Origin: Candidatus Wildermuthbacteria bacterium
Lineage (GTDB): Bacteria > Patescibacteriota > Minisyncoccia > Minisyncoccales > UBA10102
DNA length: 64,000 nucleotides
Assembly: GCA_016181405.1 (NCBI GenBank)
Contig: JACOZJ010000002.1
Coordinates: 138,608 to 202,607, forward strand
Direction: 5' to 3'
In this document: in pieces, positions 41,357-50,001 of the stretch
How the letters are laid out: every line of letters begins with the position of its first letter
Numbering within the stretch: the first letter of the stretch is position 1
The notes under the pieces: generated by a model
Seen by the model: only the letters and a program-made list of their open reading frames with translations
Told to the model about the DNA's origin: nothing
Databases searched by the model: none
Position numbers and translations under genes: made by a program

Positions 41357-42727
41357 CTACCCACCTATTTGTGGAAGAGCCTGAAAATGCGGATGAAACT
41401 TCGAGAAAATACCTTCCGTATTTAAGCATTCAAAAAATCCTTTTATTTCTTCCCGGGTTCCTAAGGCAAGGTAATATTCAAACGTACGCACGAGACGATC
41501 TGTACACAACAAAGCTTTTTGCAGATTCAGGTGGAGCCCCCCTTCTGTCTCCTCGAGACCTCCGCCCCCCAGAAGCGCATCGAGAAAGGCGGCGTATCCA
41601 TACAGCAAATTTTCAAAACGTCGGCGTTTGTCAAACGCAGCAAGATAGTATAATGCCTGACATATTTCGGCAAGCACCATTGCTTCGAGATCTTTTTCTG
41701 TAATAGCATTTTTTAAATAGAGGAAGCCCGCTGATTTTATCGTGAGGATATCTCCGTATACTTCGTCGATATACGCAAAGTATTCCTGAAGGCGAGTCAC
41801 CGCGTCATCATAACGCACGAGAGAACGGCGCATTTCATCAATAACAGAAATCCGTACCAACGCGTCCTGCATCTGAGAGACACTGCGGCCTTCCTGAGTT
41901 TTTTTGTCAAAAGCGCGCTGGAAAATTGGCTGCATCCACTTTTCCACGCGCAATTTTGCCATTGAGAGAAAGACCGTTGACATTGTCCCGTGCTTTTTTA
42001 TCAGCTTAATGTCCGCGGAAGAAGGCAGGTTATTGGACATAAATAGATAGTCGGCATCAAGACCGGCGAGCAACAGAGTGTCTTCCGCACGCACGCGGAT
42101 CTGCGACACCGTAGTCTTTTTTGCTCCGGGCAAGAACGTAGGAATACTGGTTAGGATAAGAGTTCTCATCCGAGAAACCTCTGCCATACGATCTTCATTT
42201 AACACTCCTATCCATGCAGTATACGCGCGTTTTTGATGAAAATGCCGGTCAAGAAAACGATCAAAGGGACCTAGAACGCAACCAATTTTTGAAGTGTTTG
42301 TTTTGAGCCACAAAATATTGCTTTTATCAAAGTTATCTTTCAGCAGATCCTGCGCACGGGCTACAAGATATGCCTTAAACGCTTTGTCGTCGCTCAAGGC
42401 GGCCGCCTCTTTGAGAAGTTTCGCAACGTGTGTGAGTTCTTTCCTAAACCTCTTGCTATAAGGGACTGCCACAAGTTTCCCCGCCTTGTTTCTCTCCACA
42501 AATGTATACGGGCTCAAAATCGAGGGGTTTTTCTTCGCTGCTTTTTGGATTTCCTCCCGGGTGGCGTCGGACGGATAAAAATTCGCTCCCGGATACTTAG
42601 AGTTTTTTTGCGCCTCGTATAGGGGGACAATAAGCTTTGCTGCGGCGGTCAGCTTTTCAACAACTTTCTTTTCTCTCGCGGATAATCCTGAAGGGCCTGG
42701 TTTAAATATTTGAAGGGAAGAAGACAT
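41357..42727 (-). CDS. hypothetical protein (456 aa)
   Basis: A long ORF with host-like composition. It has a vague resemblance to M49/DPP3-like helical proteins, but I found no HExxH-type motif. Confidence 0.5.
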   Translation of the reverse strand: MSSSLQIFKPGPSGLSAREKKVVEKLTAAAKLIVPLYEAQKNSKYPGANFYPSDATREEIQKAAKKNPSILSPYTFVERNKAGKLVAVPYSKRFRKELTHVAKLLKEAAALSDDKAFKAYLVARAQDLLKDNFDKSNILWLKTNTSKIGCVLGPFDRFLDRHFHQKRAYTAWIGVLNEDRMAEVSRMRTLILTSIPTFLPGAKKTTVSQIRVRAEDTLLLAGLDADYLFMSNNLPSSADIKLIKKHGTMSTVFLSMAKLRVEKWMQPIFQRAFDKKTQEGRSVSQMQDALVRISVIDEMRRSLVRYDDAVTRLQEYFAYIDEVYGDILTIKSAGFLYLKNAITEKDLEAMVLAEICQALYYLAAFDKRRRFENLLYGYAAFLDALLGGGGLEETEGGLHLNLQKALLCTDRLVRTFEYYLALGTREEIKGFFECLNTEGIFSKFHPHFQALPQIGG

Positions 42728-42737
42728 GAAAAATGCG

Positions 42738-43217
42738 TTACTCGTATTGAACTTTTAGCACTTTGCATACATGATTCACCAACTCGGTTTTCACCTCTAC
42801 AACATCTCCCACTATTGCACCCAGCAGCCTCGCTCCGAGAGGAGACTCGTTGGAAATTTTCTTTTGTACGGGGTCTGCTTCAAGTGTACCCACAATAGTG
42901 AATTCATCTATTTCCCCTCCGAGATCAACCGTAACGGTTGCTCCAAGCCACACTCTCTGTTTTTCCTTCCCTTTTGGCGCACTAATAAGTTCTGCATTCT
43001 GCAGGACGTTTTCGTGTTCTGCGATTTTCGCTTCAAGCAAACTCATATCCTCCTGAAAGGCAAGATATTCAGGGTTTGCTTCTTCTGAATGCAGCAGGTT
43101 AGGTGTTTCTCCCATTGTTTTTTGGCGCTTAAAATCCCGCAGCCTTTCATATTCTGCTTTCACTTTTTCTAATCCCTCTTTGGTTACGTAGAATTTGTCG
43201 AGCATCATGGTTGTCAT
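42738..43217 (-). CDS. greA: transcription elongation factor GreA
   Basis: YVTKEGLEKVKAEYERL coiled-coil N-terminus and the C-terminal ISNESPLGARLLGAIVGDVVEV. Confidence 0.9.
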   Translation of the reverse strand: MTTMMLDKFYVTKEGLEKVKAEYERLRDFKRQKTMGETPNLLHSEEANPEYLAFQEDMSLLEAKIAEHENVLQNAELISAPKGKEKQRVWLGATVTVDLGGEIDEFTIVGTLEADPVQKKISNESPLGARLLGAIVGDVVEVKTELVNHVCKVLKVQYE

Positions 43218-43230
43218 AGGAGTTTTTGAT

Positions 43231-43258
43231 GAAAAAATCTGGCTTTTGGCTGCCAGAT
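43231..43258 (-). terminator. intrinsic terminator inside the greA leader
   Basis: Minus strand ATCTGGC-agccaaaa-GCCAGAT-TTTTTCATC, ending about 14 nt before the greA ATG. Confidence 0.6.
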
Positions 43259-43309
43259 TTATTGATTCGTATTGATATGCTGATGTGCTACCGAGTCAAT
43301 AAATCTGGC
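43252..43309 (-). promoter_or_regulatory. alternative (antiterminator) hairpin of the greA leader
   Basis: GCCAGATTTATTGACTCG (43309-43292) pairs with CGAATCAATAAATCTGGC (43269-43252). This 18-bp stem with one mismatch sequesters the terminator 5' arm. Confidence 0.55.
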
Positions 43310-43391
43310 CACTAGTTTGAAAAATGGCTTTTACCAAGGGGATATATGAAAATTGAAACCTTGTATCAATACTGTTCATAGGGACATTTCT

Positions 43392-43419
43392 ATTGTATAA
43401 GACCAAACAAGTTTGTCAA
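43392..43419 (-). promoter_or_regulatory. sigma70-type promoter for greA
   Basis: Minus strand TTGACA-N16-TACAAT. A second TTGACA-N16-TACAAT lies at about 43509-43540. Confidence 0.6.
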
Positions 43420-43565
43420 GATTTGTTTAGTTTTTTAAGTTTTTTGCTGAATATACTTTAAAGTATGCAAGGAAATTCACTATAGCGCAAAGTTATTCAC
43501 AGTATCTTCATATTGTACTCTTTGAAGAAATGCTGTCAAGGTTTGATGGGTTTTTGAAAAATAGG

Positions 43566-44579
43566 TCAAAATTTTGGGGGAATGGTTTTGGGCAAAATGG
43601 GAACTTCTCCCGTAGAAACGACTGCTTGCCTTACTCCGGGCAAAGCCCGTATTTCATCCTCCACAAATGCCTCTATGTTTTCCAGGTTTCGCGCGAGCAA
43701 CCCCACGGTAAGATTGTATGCTCCCGTAATCTTTGCCAAATGGTACACTTCCTGACACTTCTCAAGCTTTTCAATTAGTTGTTCGAGGGTTTTCCTATCT
43801 GCCTCAACATTGATTTGGGCCGCTATAGTATAAAATTGATCGGCCTGCAAAGAAGCATATACCCGTATAAGTTTTTCTTTCAGAAGTTTGTCGACTCTAT
43901 TCTTCACTGCCACAGAGCTCAAGCGCAGCTTCTTGGCAACTTCAGTAAAAGATTCCCTGCCGTTTTGCGCCAAGTACTGAATAAGCTTCAAGTCTATGGC
44001 ATCGAGCTCTTCTAACCCCCAAATCGCCTCTGCGGAATATTGCGCTACGGCAAAATCAGCCATTCCTGTCCGGTCAAAAAAGCAAGCGAACTTAATATCT
44101 TTGATATTCCACTCCTTCTTTTTCATTCGGACAGCCTCCATGGAACGTTTGTATGCCTTTCCTGTTACGATATCGTTGTTCACGATGAGTACTTTTCTTC
44201 CGCGCACCAATTTTTCGTCGAGATCTGCCCCGTCATCATCCATTGTGGCAAGAACCATATTGGTCTTTTTCCTTTTCTTTAACCATGCAACGAGCGCCTC
44301 GCCATAAAATATGCCCTCGGGCCGCAAACAAAGAATGCAAACATCATCCTTCCATAAATAGGCCTCGATGTCCTTCCCGACCGTATCAACAAACTTTTTG
44401 AGCGTTTCGAATTCTAAAAGATTGACCATGCGAAAATGTGGCAGAGTTTCTTTACGTAAATTATACACGATTCCTGGCAAAAGGAAAGCATTGACAAGAA
44501 TAGACAAACGGTGTTCGCTTAAGTCAGTACGTACCTCGAGGAGCGTTGCTATGGTAATCCTGTCAGCCGATCCGTCCAT
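43566..44579 (-). CDS. phosphoribosyltransferase-like domain fused to an Lrp/AsnC-type regulator (HTH + RAM)
   Basis: C-half: LDAIDLKLIQYLAQNGRESFTEVAKKLRLSSVAVKNRVDKL plus a RAM-like domain. N-half: a type I PRT pattern with GRKVLIVNNDIVTGKA (NN in place of the acidic pair). Confidence 0.7.
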   Translation of the reverse strand: MDGSADRITIATLLEVRTDLSEHRLSILVNAFLLPGIVYNLRKETLPHFRMVNLLEFETLKKFVDTVGKDIEAYLWKDDVCILCLRPEGIFYGEALVAWLKKRKKTNMVLATMDDDGADLDEKLVRGRKVLIVNNDIVTGKAYKRSMEAVRMKKKEWNIKDIKFACFFDRTGMADFAVAQYSAEAIWGLEELDAIDLKLIQYLAQNGRESFTEVAKKLRLSSVAVKNRVDKLLKEKLIRVYASLQADQFYTIAAQINVEADRKTLEQLIEKLEKCQEVYHLAKITGAYNLTVGLLARNLENIEAFVEDEIRALPGVRQAVVSTGEVPILPKTIPPKF

Positions 44580-45345
44580 TCGTTACATCCTCGTGGACTT
44601 AGACGGTACCACCTTCCCAACCGAGGGCCCTCTGCCGGAAGATTTCTACGAGCACCTTAGCATCTTCTCGCAGCTCATCGAGAGAGCGAATAGGGGAGAA
44701 TTTCCGAAGATCGGCTTCTGTACGGGCCGAGAGCTGAATTACGTCGAGGGTGCAACAAGAACTCTAACCCTACCGGATGGCTGGTCAGTACTGGAGAATG
44801 GGCTGTTTATTTACAACCTAGCAACAGGAGCACGAGTAAATCACCCACTCTTGACCCCAGAAGTTAGGGCTGTATTCCAAAAAATCCGGGAGAGAATGTG
44901 GATCATTGCCTACCGCTTTCCCGATCTAGAGGCATACCTCAAAAAAGAGGTGCACGTAGCGCTGGAGCGGCGCAATCGTTGGATTAACCTCGCAGAGTAT
45001 GTCGCTCCGATCGAAGAAATACTCATAGAATTCAAGGAACAGATGGACGTGGTTTGCTCGGGCCACGCCATCGACTTGCTCGTCAAGGGCATCAACAAGG
45101 GCTCTGGGCTACAGGAGCTGTGCGATTGGAGCGGCATATCTCCTGAAGAGGTTCTTATCATTGGAGATTCTCCCAACGACTTTCCCGCGATGGAGCTTGC
45201 AGGATCTATAGGATGCCCCTCCAACGCCGACAAAGGATGCAAGGAGTTTGTACGCAACAAGGGCGGACATGTTTCACTCCTCCCTTATGTGGTGGGAGTA
45301 GTGGATATCATCAGGCACTACCTCCCAAACGCTCGACAAGCCTGA
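44551..45345 (+). CDS. HAD-IIB (Cof/sugar-phosphatase-like) hydrolase
   Basis: ILVDLDGTT motif I, IIGDSPNDFPAMELAG motif IV, and a cap between them. The start at ATG 44551 gives a divergent 29-nt overlap with the neighbour's 5' end. Confidence 0.75.
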   Translation: MVILSADPSIRYILVDLDGTTFPTEGPLPEDFYEHLSIFSQLIERANRGEFPKIGFCTGRELNYVEGATRTLTLPDGWSVLENGLFIYNLATGARVNHPLLTPEVRAVFQKIRERMWIIAYRFPDLEAYLKKEVHVALERRNRWINLAEYVAPIEEILIEFKEQMDVVCSGHAIDLLVKGINKGSGLQELCDWSGISPEEVLIIGDSPNDFPAMELAGSIGCPSNADKGCKEFVRNKGGHVSLLPYVVGVVDIIRHYLPNARQA

Positions 45346-45474
45346 CCAAAGAGTCGGATAACCTCCGGCTCTTTCTATTGCAAAGTTATTCTTTTTGTGT
45401 TAATGCTTCAAGCAAGAGAGCCACCTGCCCTTCCAAGGACAGGCAGAGCCTCCAGGCAAGTTTGGGAGGGTAAG

Positions 45475-46095
45475 ATGGCGCAACGGAGGGGTAAGTCAGA
45501 GCGCAAAACGGAAGAGGTGGAAATCAAAGTTCAAACCAACCTGGACGAACCGCGCGGACGAAGGCGAAAAGCTGAAATCACGCTCTCTGCAGGGTGGCAG
45601 GAACCAGGCATCGAGGTACGCCTGATCGAACACTTCTTTGCCCAAGTCTACCGATTCAGTAATTTCGGGGGGGGAATGGTCGGAAAAGGCGACTCCACCC
45701 ATCACCTGACCGAAGACTTGGGCATCTGCTGGGGCCAAGCATTCAAAGAGGCCTTGGGAGACAAGGCGGGCATCATGCGTACCGCATCCCACATCATGCC
45801 CATGCAAGGCACGGTTGTAACCGTGTCGGTAGACCTTAGTGGCCGACCGTGGGCTAACCTAGCCCTTAACATGGCGACCACCCCAATGCGGGAGATGCTC
45901 CGACATATCCTTACCGACATGGCTATACACAGTGCTTTCGACCTCTTTGTGAAGGTCGAGTATCTGGGCGACAACGCGATACAGGACGAGCACCACGCCA
46001 TCGAAACGGTGGGAAAGGCACTTGGTAAGGTGCTCAAAGAGGCTACACGAATCGAGGGCACGGAGATCTTAAGCACCAAGGGAACGCTAGAGTAA
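45475..46095 (+). CDS. hisB: imidazoleglycerol-phosphate dehydratase-like protein
   Basis: RKTEEVEIKVQTNLD, DSTHHLTEDLGI, VDLSGRP, DEHHAIETVGKALG, STKGTL. GGGAGGG lies before the ATG. No other his genes are in the window. Confidence 0.75.
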   Translation: MAQRRGKSERKTEEVEIKVQTNLDEPRGRRRKAEITLSAGWQEPGIEVRLIEHFFAQVYRFSNFGGGMVGKGDSTHHLTEDLGICWGQAFKEALGDKAGIMRTASHIMPMQGTVVTVSVDLSGRPWANLALNMATTPMREMLRHILTDMAIHSAFDLFVKVEYLGDNAIQDEHHAIETVGKALGKVLKEATRIEGTEILSTKGTLE

Positions 46096-46130
46096 CCAGG
46101 GTCAGGAGAAACACTTCTCTTGACCCTTTT

Positions 46131-47117
46131 CTATTTACTCATTAAGGAACGCAGATATAGGGCACCTTCAACGCCCCTCTTAATATAGATCTGAAAGTAT
46201 GCGCGCTCTTTTCTTGGAACGCTGGAATATCGCAAAACACCCCACCAGATTCCTACCAACAAAGCCGCGATAACCGCCCAATAAATCTGTGTGCGATCAA
46301 GTTTCTTTTTGTACGCCGTGTCTGCTTCAGCCAAAAAGTGTTCAAATATTTCTTGACTCATCCGAGGAGGATTAAAAAAACTGTCGCGGAACACATACCC
46401 AAGATCATAATAAATCCCTCCTTTTTTATTTAAACCGGCATACTCAAAATCCAAAAGGCGCAGAGTACCATTCTTTGGAACAAGGATATTCTGGAAAATA
46501 ATGTCGTTGTGAGAAGAAACTCCCTTAGGAATTTCTTGGAGGCGCTGCTCTGCCTCTTTTTCAATAGCAAGAAGCTCTACCAGCACCCCTTTGGAGAAAA
46601 ATTTGCTCAACGAATGGCGCATTGCCTTAAGACGATACTTTCTTATTTCATCTTGAAATACATTGTACGGATTTACAAACCTCACTCCGCTCCCGTGGAA
46701 AGCGGCAAGTGTTTTTGCCAAAGCTCTCTGGTAGCGCCTCTGCCTGAAATGTCGCATAGTCAACATGCTCCCCTCCAAAAACTCGCTCACCATAGTCCCA
46801 TCTGGCACGGCGAAGCGTTTTTTGCTTGCGGGAGCTAAGATATTTTTTCTCTTGAGAATGTAGAGCCGATATTCAGGCAAAATGCGCCGCAGTTTTTTAT
46901 TGCGCGCCATGACGAGAATATTTTTACCCTCGCTAACTCTATCTACGATATCCTCATGTTCCCAAGGCAAGCGCACAAAATATTTTTCCTTCCGGTACGC
47001 TACAACAAAATTTCTATTCGTCTGTCCGCCTAGTTGCTTTACTTGGATAACCTCTGGCTTCCATCTCCGATCCAAACGACATATAAGTTCCAAATCCTCC
47101 TTGCCTATCTTTTGCAT
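46131..47117 (-). CDS. APH/choline-kinase-family phosphotransferase
   Basis: Brenner motif SSHNDIIFQNILV and LLDFEYAG. Confidence 0.75.
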   Translation of the reverse strand: MQKIGKEDLELICRLDRRWKPEVIQVKQLGGQTNRNFVVAYRKEKYFVRLPWEHEDIVDRVSEGKNILVMARNKKLRRILPEYRLYILKRKNILAPASKKRFAVPDGTMVSEFLEGSMLTMRHFRQRRYQRALAKTLAAFHGSGVRFVNPYNVFQDEIRKYRLKAMRHSLSKFFSKGVLVELLAIEKEAEQRLQEIPKGVSSHNDIIFQNILVPKNGTLRLLDFEYAGLNKKGGIYYDLGYVFRDSFFNPPRMSQEIFEHFLAEADTAYKKKLDRTQIYWAVIAALLVGIWWGVLRYSSVPRKERAYFQIYIKRGVEGALYLRSLMSK

Positions 47118-47120
47118 AGC

Positions 47121-48368
47121 TCAAAAAAGGGATTTCTGCGGGGTAATGGCTTGCTGTTCTCCCTGTTCAAATATTTTAATCTTTCCATACTCTCCGTCGT
47201 ATCCTGGCTCAATTTGCACCCTTCCCTCCCTAACCCTCGTGATTCCTTCCGCAATTTCTGGCAAGGTTGCACTCCGCAAAGTGGACTGATCCGCATCCAG
47301 CAGAACTTGAAACTCGCTTCCCAATGCATGAATAAGCTTTTCATATTCCTCTCTTACCCTCCTGGAAATAACCCCTATGCCCAAAGCATCTGCAATAATT
47401 TCTTCCAACGGTATTAAGCTCTTGAATGGGATTGTTCCTTGGGGCGTCGTACCCTCGGGCCTATCTGCCAATTCTGCTACACGGTTGAGGACCCCTATGG
47501 TCAACGGCCTGCCGCATTTTGGGCATACATTATTGTGCTCTTTTGATTCTTCGGGCTTCATGCTCACTTGGCACAGCCGGTGGCCGTCATAGTGGTACTT
47601 TCCCTCCTCTGGGAAAAACTCTACCGTGAACAAAAATTTGGAAGGATCTTTTTTCTTAATTGCTTCTGTAATACCCTCGTAGCTCACCTCCGTATCGAAT
47701 ACGTTAGCTTCTCTCCCAATTTTTGCGAGCGAGTGGGAATCAGAATTGCTGATGAGCGTAATATTATCCAGCTTCGACAACCTCCAGTTCATCGCCGGAT
47801 CAGATGACAATCCGGTTTCAATGGCGTAAATATATTTTGCATATTCATCAAAACATTCCTCGATTGAGTTAAACCCCGATTTGGAACCAAACACACTGAA
47901 CCACGGAGTCCACGCGTGCGCCGGAATCACTATACAATCCTCGTGTGCATCGAGAACGATTTTGAGCACTTCCTTTGAATCAATCCCAATAATAGGCCTT
48001 CCATCGGCTTTCAAATTCCCCCTCCAGCCTAATTGCGTGTTAATTTTCTCTACGGCCTGAAACGATGGGGCGAAAATCAAAAGATGCACCCTCCTCCCTC
48101 GCCCACCTTTCGAGTAAATGCAGCTGATTTCCGTGGTGAGCAGGAAACGTGTTCCCGTAGCGCTTCCCTTCAACTTATACAGCCCCGATTCTGTAGGCTC
48201 TAATTTTTCTTGCAATTCCTTGAACCAAACGGGATGCGTGAAATCGCCTGGACTAATAACGCTAATTCCCTTGATCTTTGCCCATGTATCCAGATTCTCC
48301 ACATTCATATCTTTCGATGTTGCCCTCGCGTATTTGGAGTGGATATGGAAATCACCAACAAATTTCAT
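47121..48368 (-). CDS. endonuclease Q-like PHP-domain nuclease
   Basis: GDFHIHSKYARATS N-terminus, IVIPAHAWTPWFS, and the zinc-ribbon CPKCGRPL. The ATG at 48368 forms an ATGA overlap with the upstream stop. Confidence 0.6.
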   Translation of the reverse strand: MKFVGDFHIHSKYARATSKDMNVENLDTWAKIKGISVISPGDFTHPVWFKELQEKLEPTESGLYKLKGSATGTRFLLTTEISCIYSKGGRGRRVHLLIFAPSFQAVEKINTQLGWRGNLKADGRPIIGIDSKEVLKIVLDAHEDCIVIPAHAWTPWFSVFGSKSGFNSIEECFDEYAKYIYAIETGLSSDPAMNWRLSKLDNITLISNSDSHSLAKIGREANVFDTEVSYEGITEAIKKKDPSKFLFTVEFFPEEGKYHYDGHRLCQVSMKPEESKEHNNVCPKCGRPLTIGVLNRVAELADRPEGTTPQGTIPFKSLIPLEEIIADALGIGVISRRVREEYEKLIHALGSEFQVLLDADQSTLRSATLPEIAEGITRVREGRVQIEPGYDGEYGKIKIFEQGEQQAITPQKSLF

Positions 48369-49138
48369 AGAAGTGCGGGGTGGCAAATATTTTTTTCGTA
48401 GTTTGGGATTCTAGAAAGCCATTCTCTATTTGTCCATTCCCAACGTTCTTTCAAATCGAAAAATCGTTCCAAGTCGTGTTCATATCCCTTAAGCTCTTGA
48501 AACTCTATTTCTCCCTTTACGCCGCTCCATTGATGATTGCACAGTCCGTTTCCGCCGGTTACCCGCGCCGTTTCATACTTCTCGCGCATTTTCGCAAAAC
48601 ATCCCAAACATTCTGCGTACTGATCGACTCGCAAAATCCAGCGCTTCTTGCACATCCGCCAACTCTCGGATTCCATTGCGTTGTAAGCATTCATGTACGC
48701 AGCCGTTTGCAAGCCATATTCTTTCGCCACGCTCGTGCTTGTTTTCAAATCAATAATACTCAACACTCCCTCGACCTCAGCCACGATATCAATGGTTCCC
48801 GCATATCCCCGCTCCAAATCCAGAACCCTTCTCTCAATATCGGCCGCGGGATTCCTGATGGCAAAAGGATATTGGGCCCTCCACTGCCGAAAGGTTTCAA
48901 TGCTTACCATAATACGCGCGTCAAACTGTTCCTCCTCGCCCTTCAGAATTTTCCCTACGGCTTCGTGCATCATTGTCCCCCAGAGCGCTGCTTGTTGGAA
49001 TCCAAAACGCCTCCCAAAAATATCTCCTTTTTTTAAAAAATAAAATCCGCTCGCCAAAGCGGTGATGGACGTTACGCGCGGAAACCAAACCCCATCGATT
49101 TCGTATCCGAATTTTTCTTTAAACAAATCAACGGTCAT
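48365..49138 (-). CDS. PD-(D/E)XK superfamily nuclease with a Cys-rich insert
   Basis: GTIDIVAEVEGVLSIIDLKTS core and CKKRW...ECLGC...CNHQW cysteines. The TAATG junction with the upstream VIT gene favours a start at 49138. Confidence 0.6.
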   Translation of the reverse strand: MTVDLFKEKFGYEIDGVWFPRVTSITALASGFYFLKKGDIFGRRFGFQQAALWGTMMHEAVGKILKGEEEQFDARIMVSIETFRQWRAQYPFAIRNPAADIERRVLDLERGYAGTIDIVAEVEGVLSIIDLKTSTSVAKEYGLQTAAYMNAYNAMESESWRMCKKRWILRVDQYAECLGCFAKMREKYETARVTGGNGLCNHQWSGVKGEIEFQELKGYEHDLERFFDLKERWEWTNREWLSRIPNYEKNICHPALL

Positions 49139-49665
49139 TATATTGCTATCCCAAACATTGTTTTCATAACCCAACCCATTCCGTATGCCACCGAGGAAGC
49201 GACCACTCCTATAGCCAGCATCTCAAGTCCGGCTTTCAGGAAGCTTCCCTTTGTAATATACGTACGGGCGGCGCCTACAGAGAAAAACATCGCCGCCGCC
49301 AGAGCGCTTGAAAAGATGAACTGTTGTGTCCCTGGAAAACGAAAAAGGTAGGGGATAATCGGTACAATCCCGGCAATTACAAACGCTCCAAAAGTTACCA
49401 GCCCGTGCTGAAAAGGTGTTGCGAGTCCTCTCGGCTGTTTTGCCATCTCTCGTTCGGCACGGATGGCGAGGAAATTCGAAGCACCCATGGAAAATCCATC
49501 CGCGATCAAATTTACAAATCCCAAAATCACAATCACTCCTGGAGACAACAGTGCCCCGGCAGCCCCTGCCACCACCGCAAACGTGGTTACGATGCCGTCG
49601 TTCGCACCGTACACAAGAGCTCCAATGTACATACCATCGCGGAACTTTTTCCAAAATGCTCTCAT
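49138..49665 (-). CDS. VIT1/CCC1 family iron/manganese transporter
   Basis: VYGANDGIVTTFAVVAGAAGA and TM-rich. Confidence 0.8.
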   Translation of the reverse strand: MRAFWKKFRDGMYIGALVYGANDGIVTTFAVVAGAAGALLSPGVIVILGFVNLIADGFSMGASNFLAIRAEREMAKQPRGLATPFQHGLVTFGAFVIAGIVPIIPYLFRFPGTQQFIFSSALAAAMFFSVGAARTYITKGSFLKAGLEMLAIGVVASSVAYGMGWVMKTMFGIAI

Positions 49666-49709
49666 AAGATTCTCTATTCTAGCAAAAACCGCAGCTTAAA
49701 ACAACCGTG

Positions 49710-49997
49710 TTAAAACCCAAACTCGCGTATGGCAAATTCTGTAAATTCGCCCGTGGGCTCTTCTTCTGCAACATCACACCGCTCCACTCTTGCTAAGAGC
49801 GTACCCTTTTTGCACCACTCGATAAACTGTTCCACATGCTCTTTTTCTCCTTCTACTATCAATTCTACTCGTCCGTCTACAAGATTATGCACCCAGCCAG
49901 CAAGCATTAGCTCACGAGCTCTTTTTTGCGCCCTCGCCCGGAAAAATACTCCCTGCACCCGACCAGAAACAAATATGTGCACTCTTCTCTTATCCAT
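49710..49997 (-). CDS. acyP: acylphosphatase
   Basis: VHIFVSGRVQGVFFRARAQKRARELMLAGWVHNLVDGRVE. The start at ATG 49997 is just after the upstream stop. Confidence 0.88.
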   Translation of the reverse strand: MDKRRVHIFVSGRVQGVFFRARAQKRARELMLAGWVHNLVDGRVELIVEGEKEHVEQFIEWCKKGTLLARVERCDVAEEEPTGEFTEFAIREFGF

Positions 49998-50001
49998 TGC
50001 G

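Noticed and set aside
43420-43566. A small RNA or short ORF from the second TTGACA-N16-TACAAT promoter (about 43540-43509).
   Set aside because: Only a 4-codon ORF follows and I found no terminator before the greA promoter. It is most simply a second, upstream greA promoter. The palindrome ATACTTTAAAGTAT is noted in the PRT-Lrp finding.
44368-44550. A 61-codon 5' extension of the HAD hydrolase ORF.
   Set aside because: It is antisense to the N-terminus of the PRT-Lrp gene. The HAD motif I (DLDGTT) follows closely after ATG 44551.
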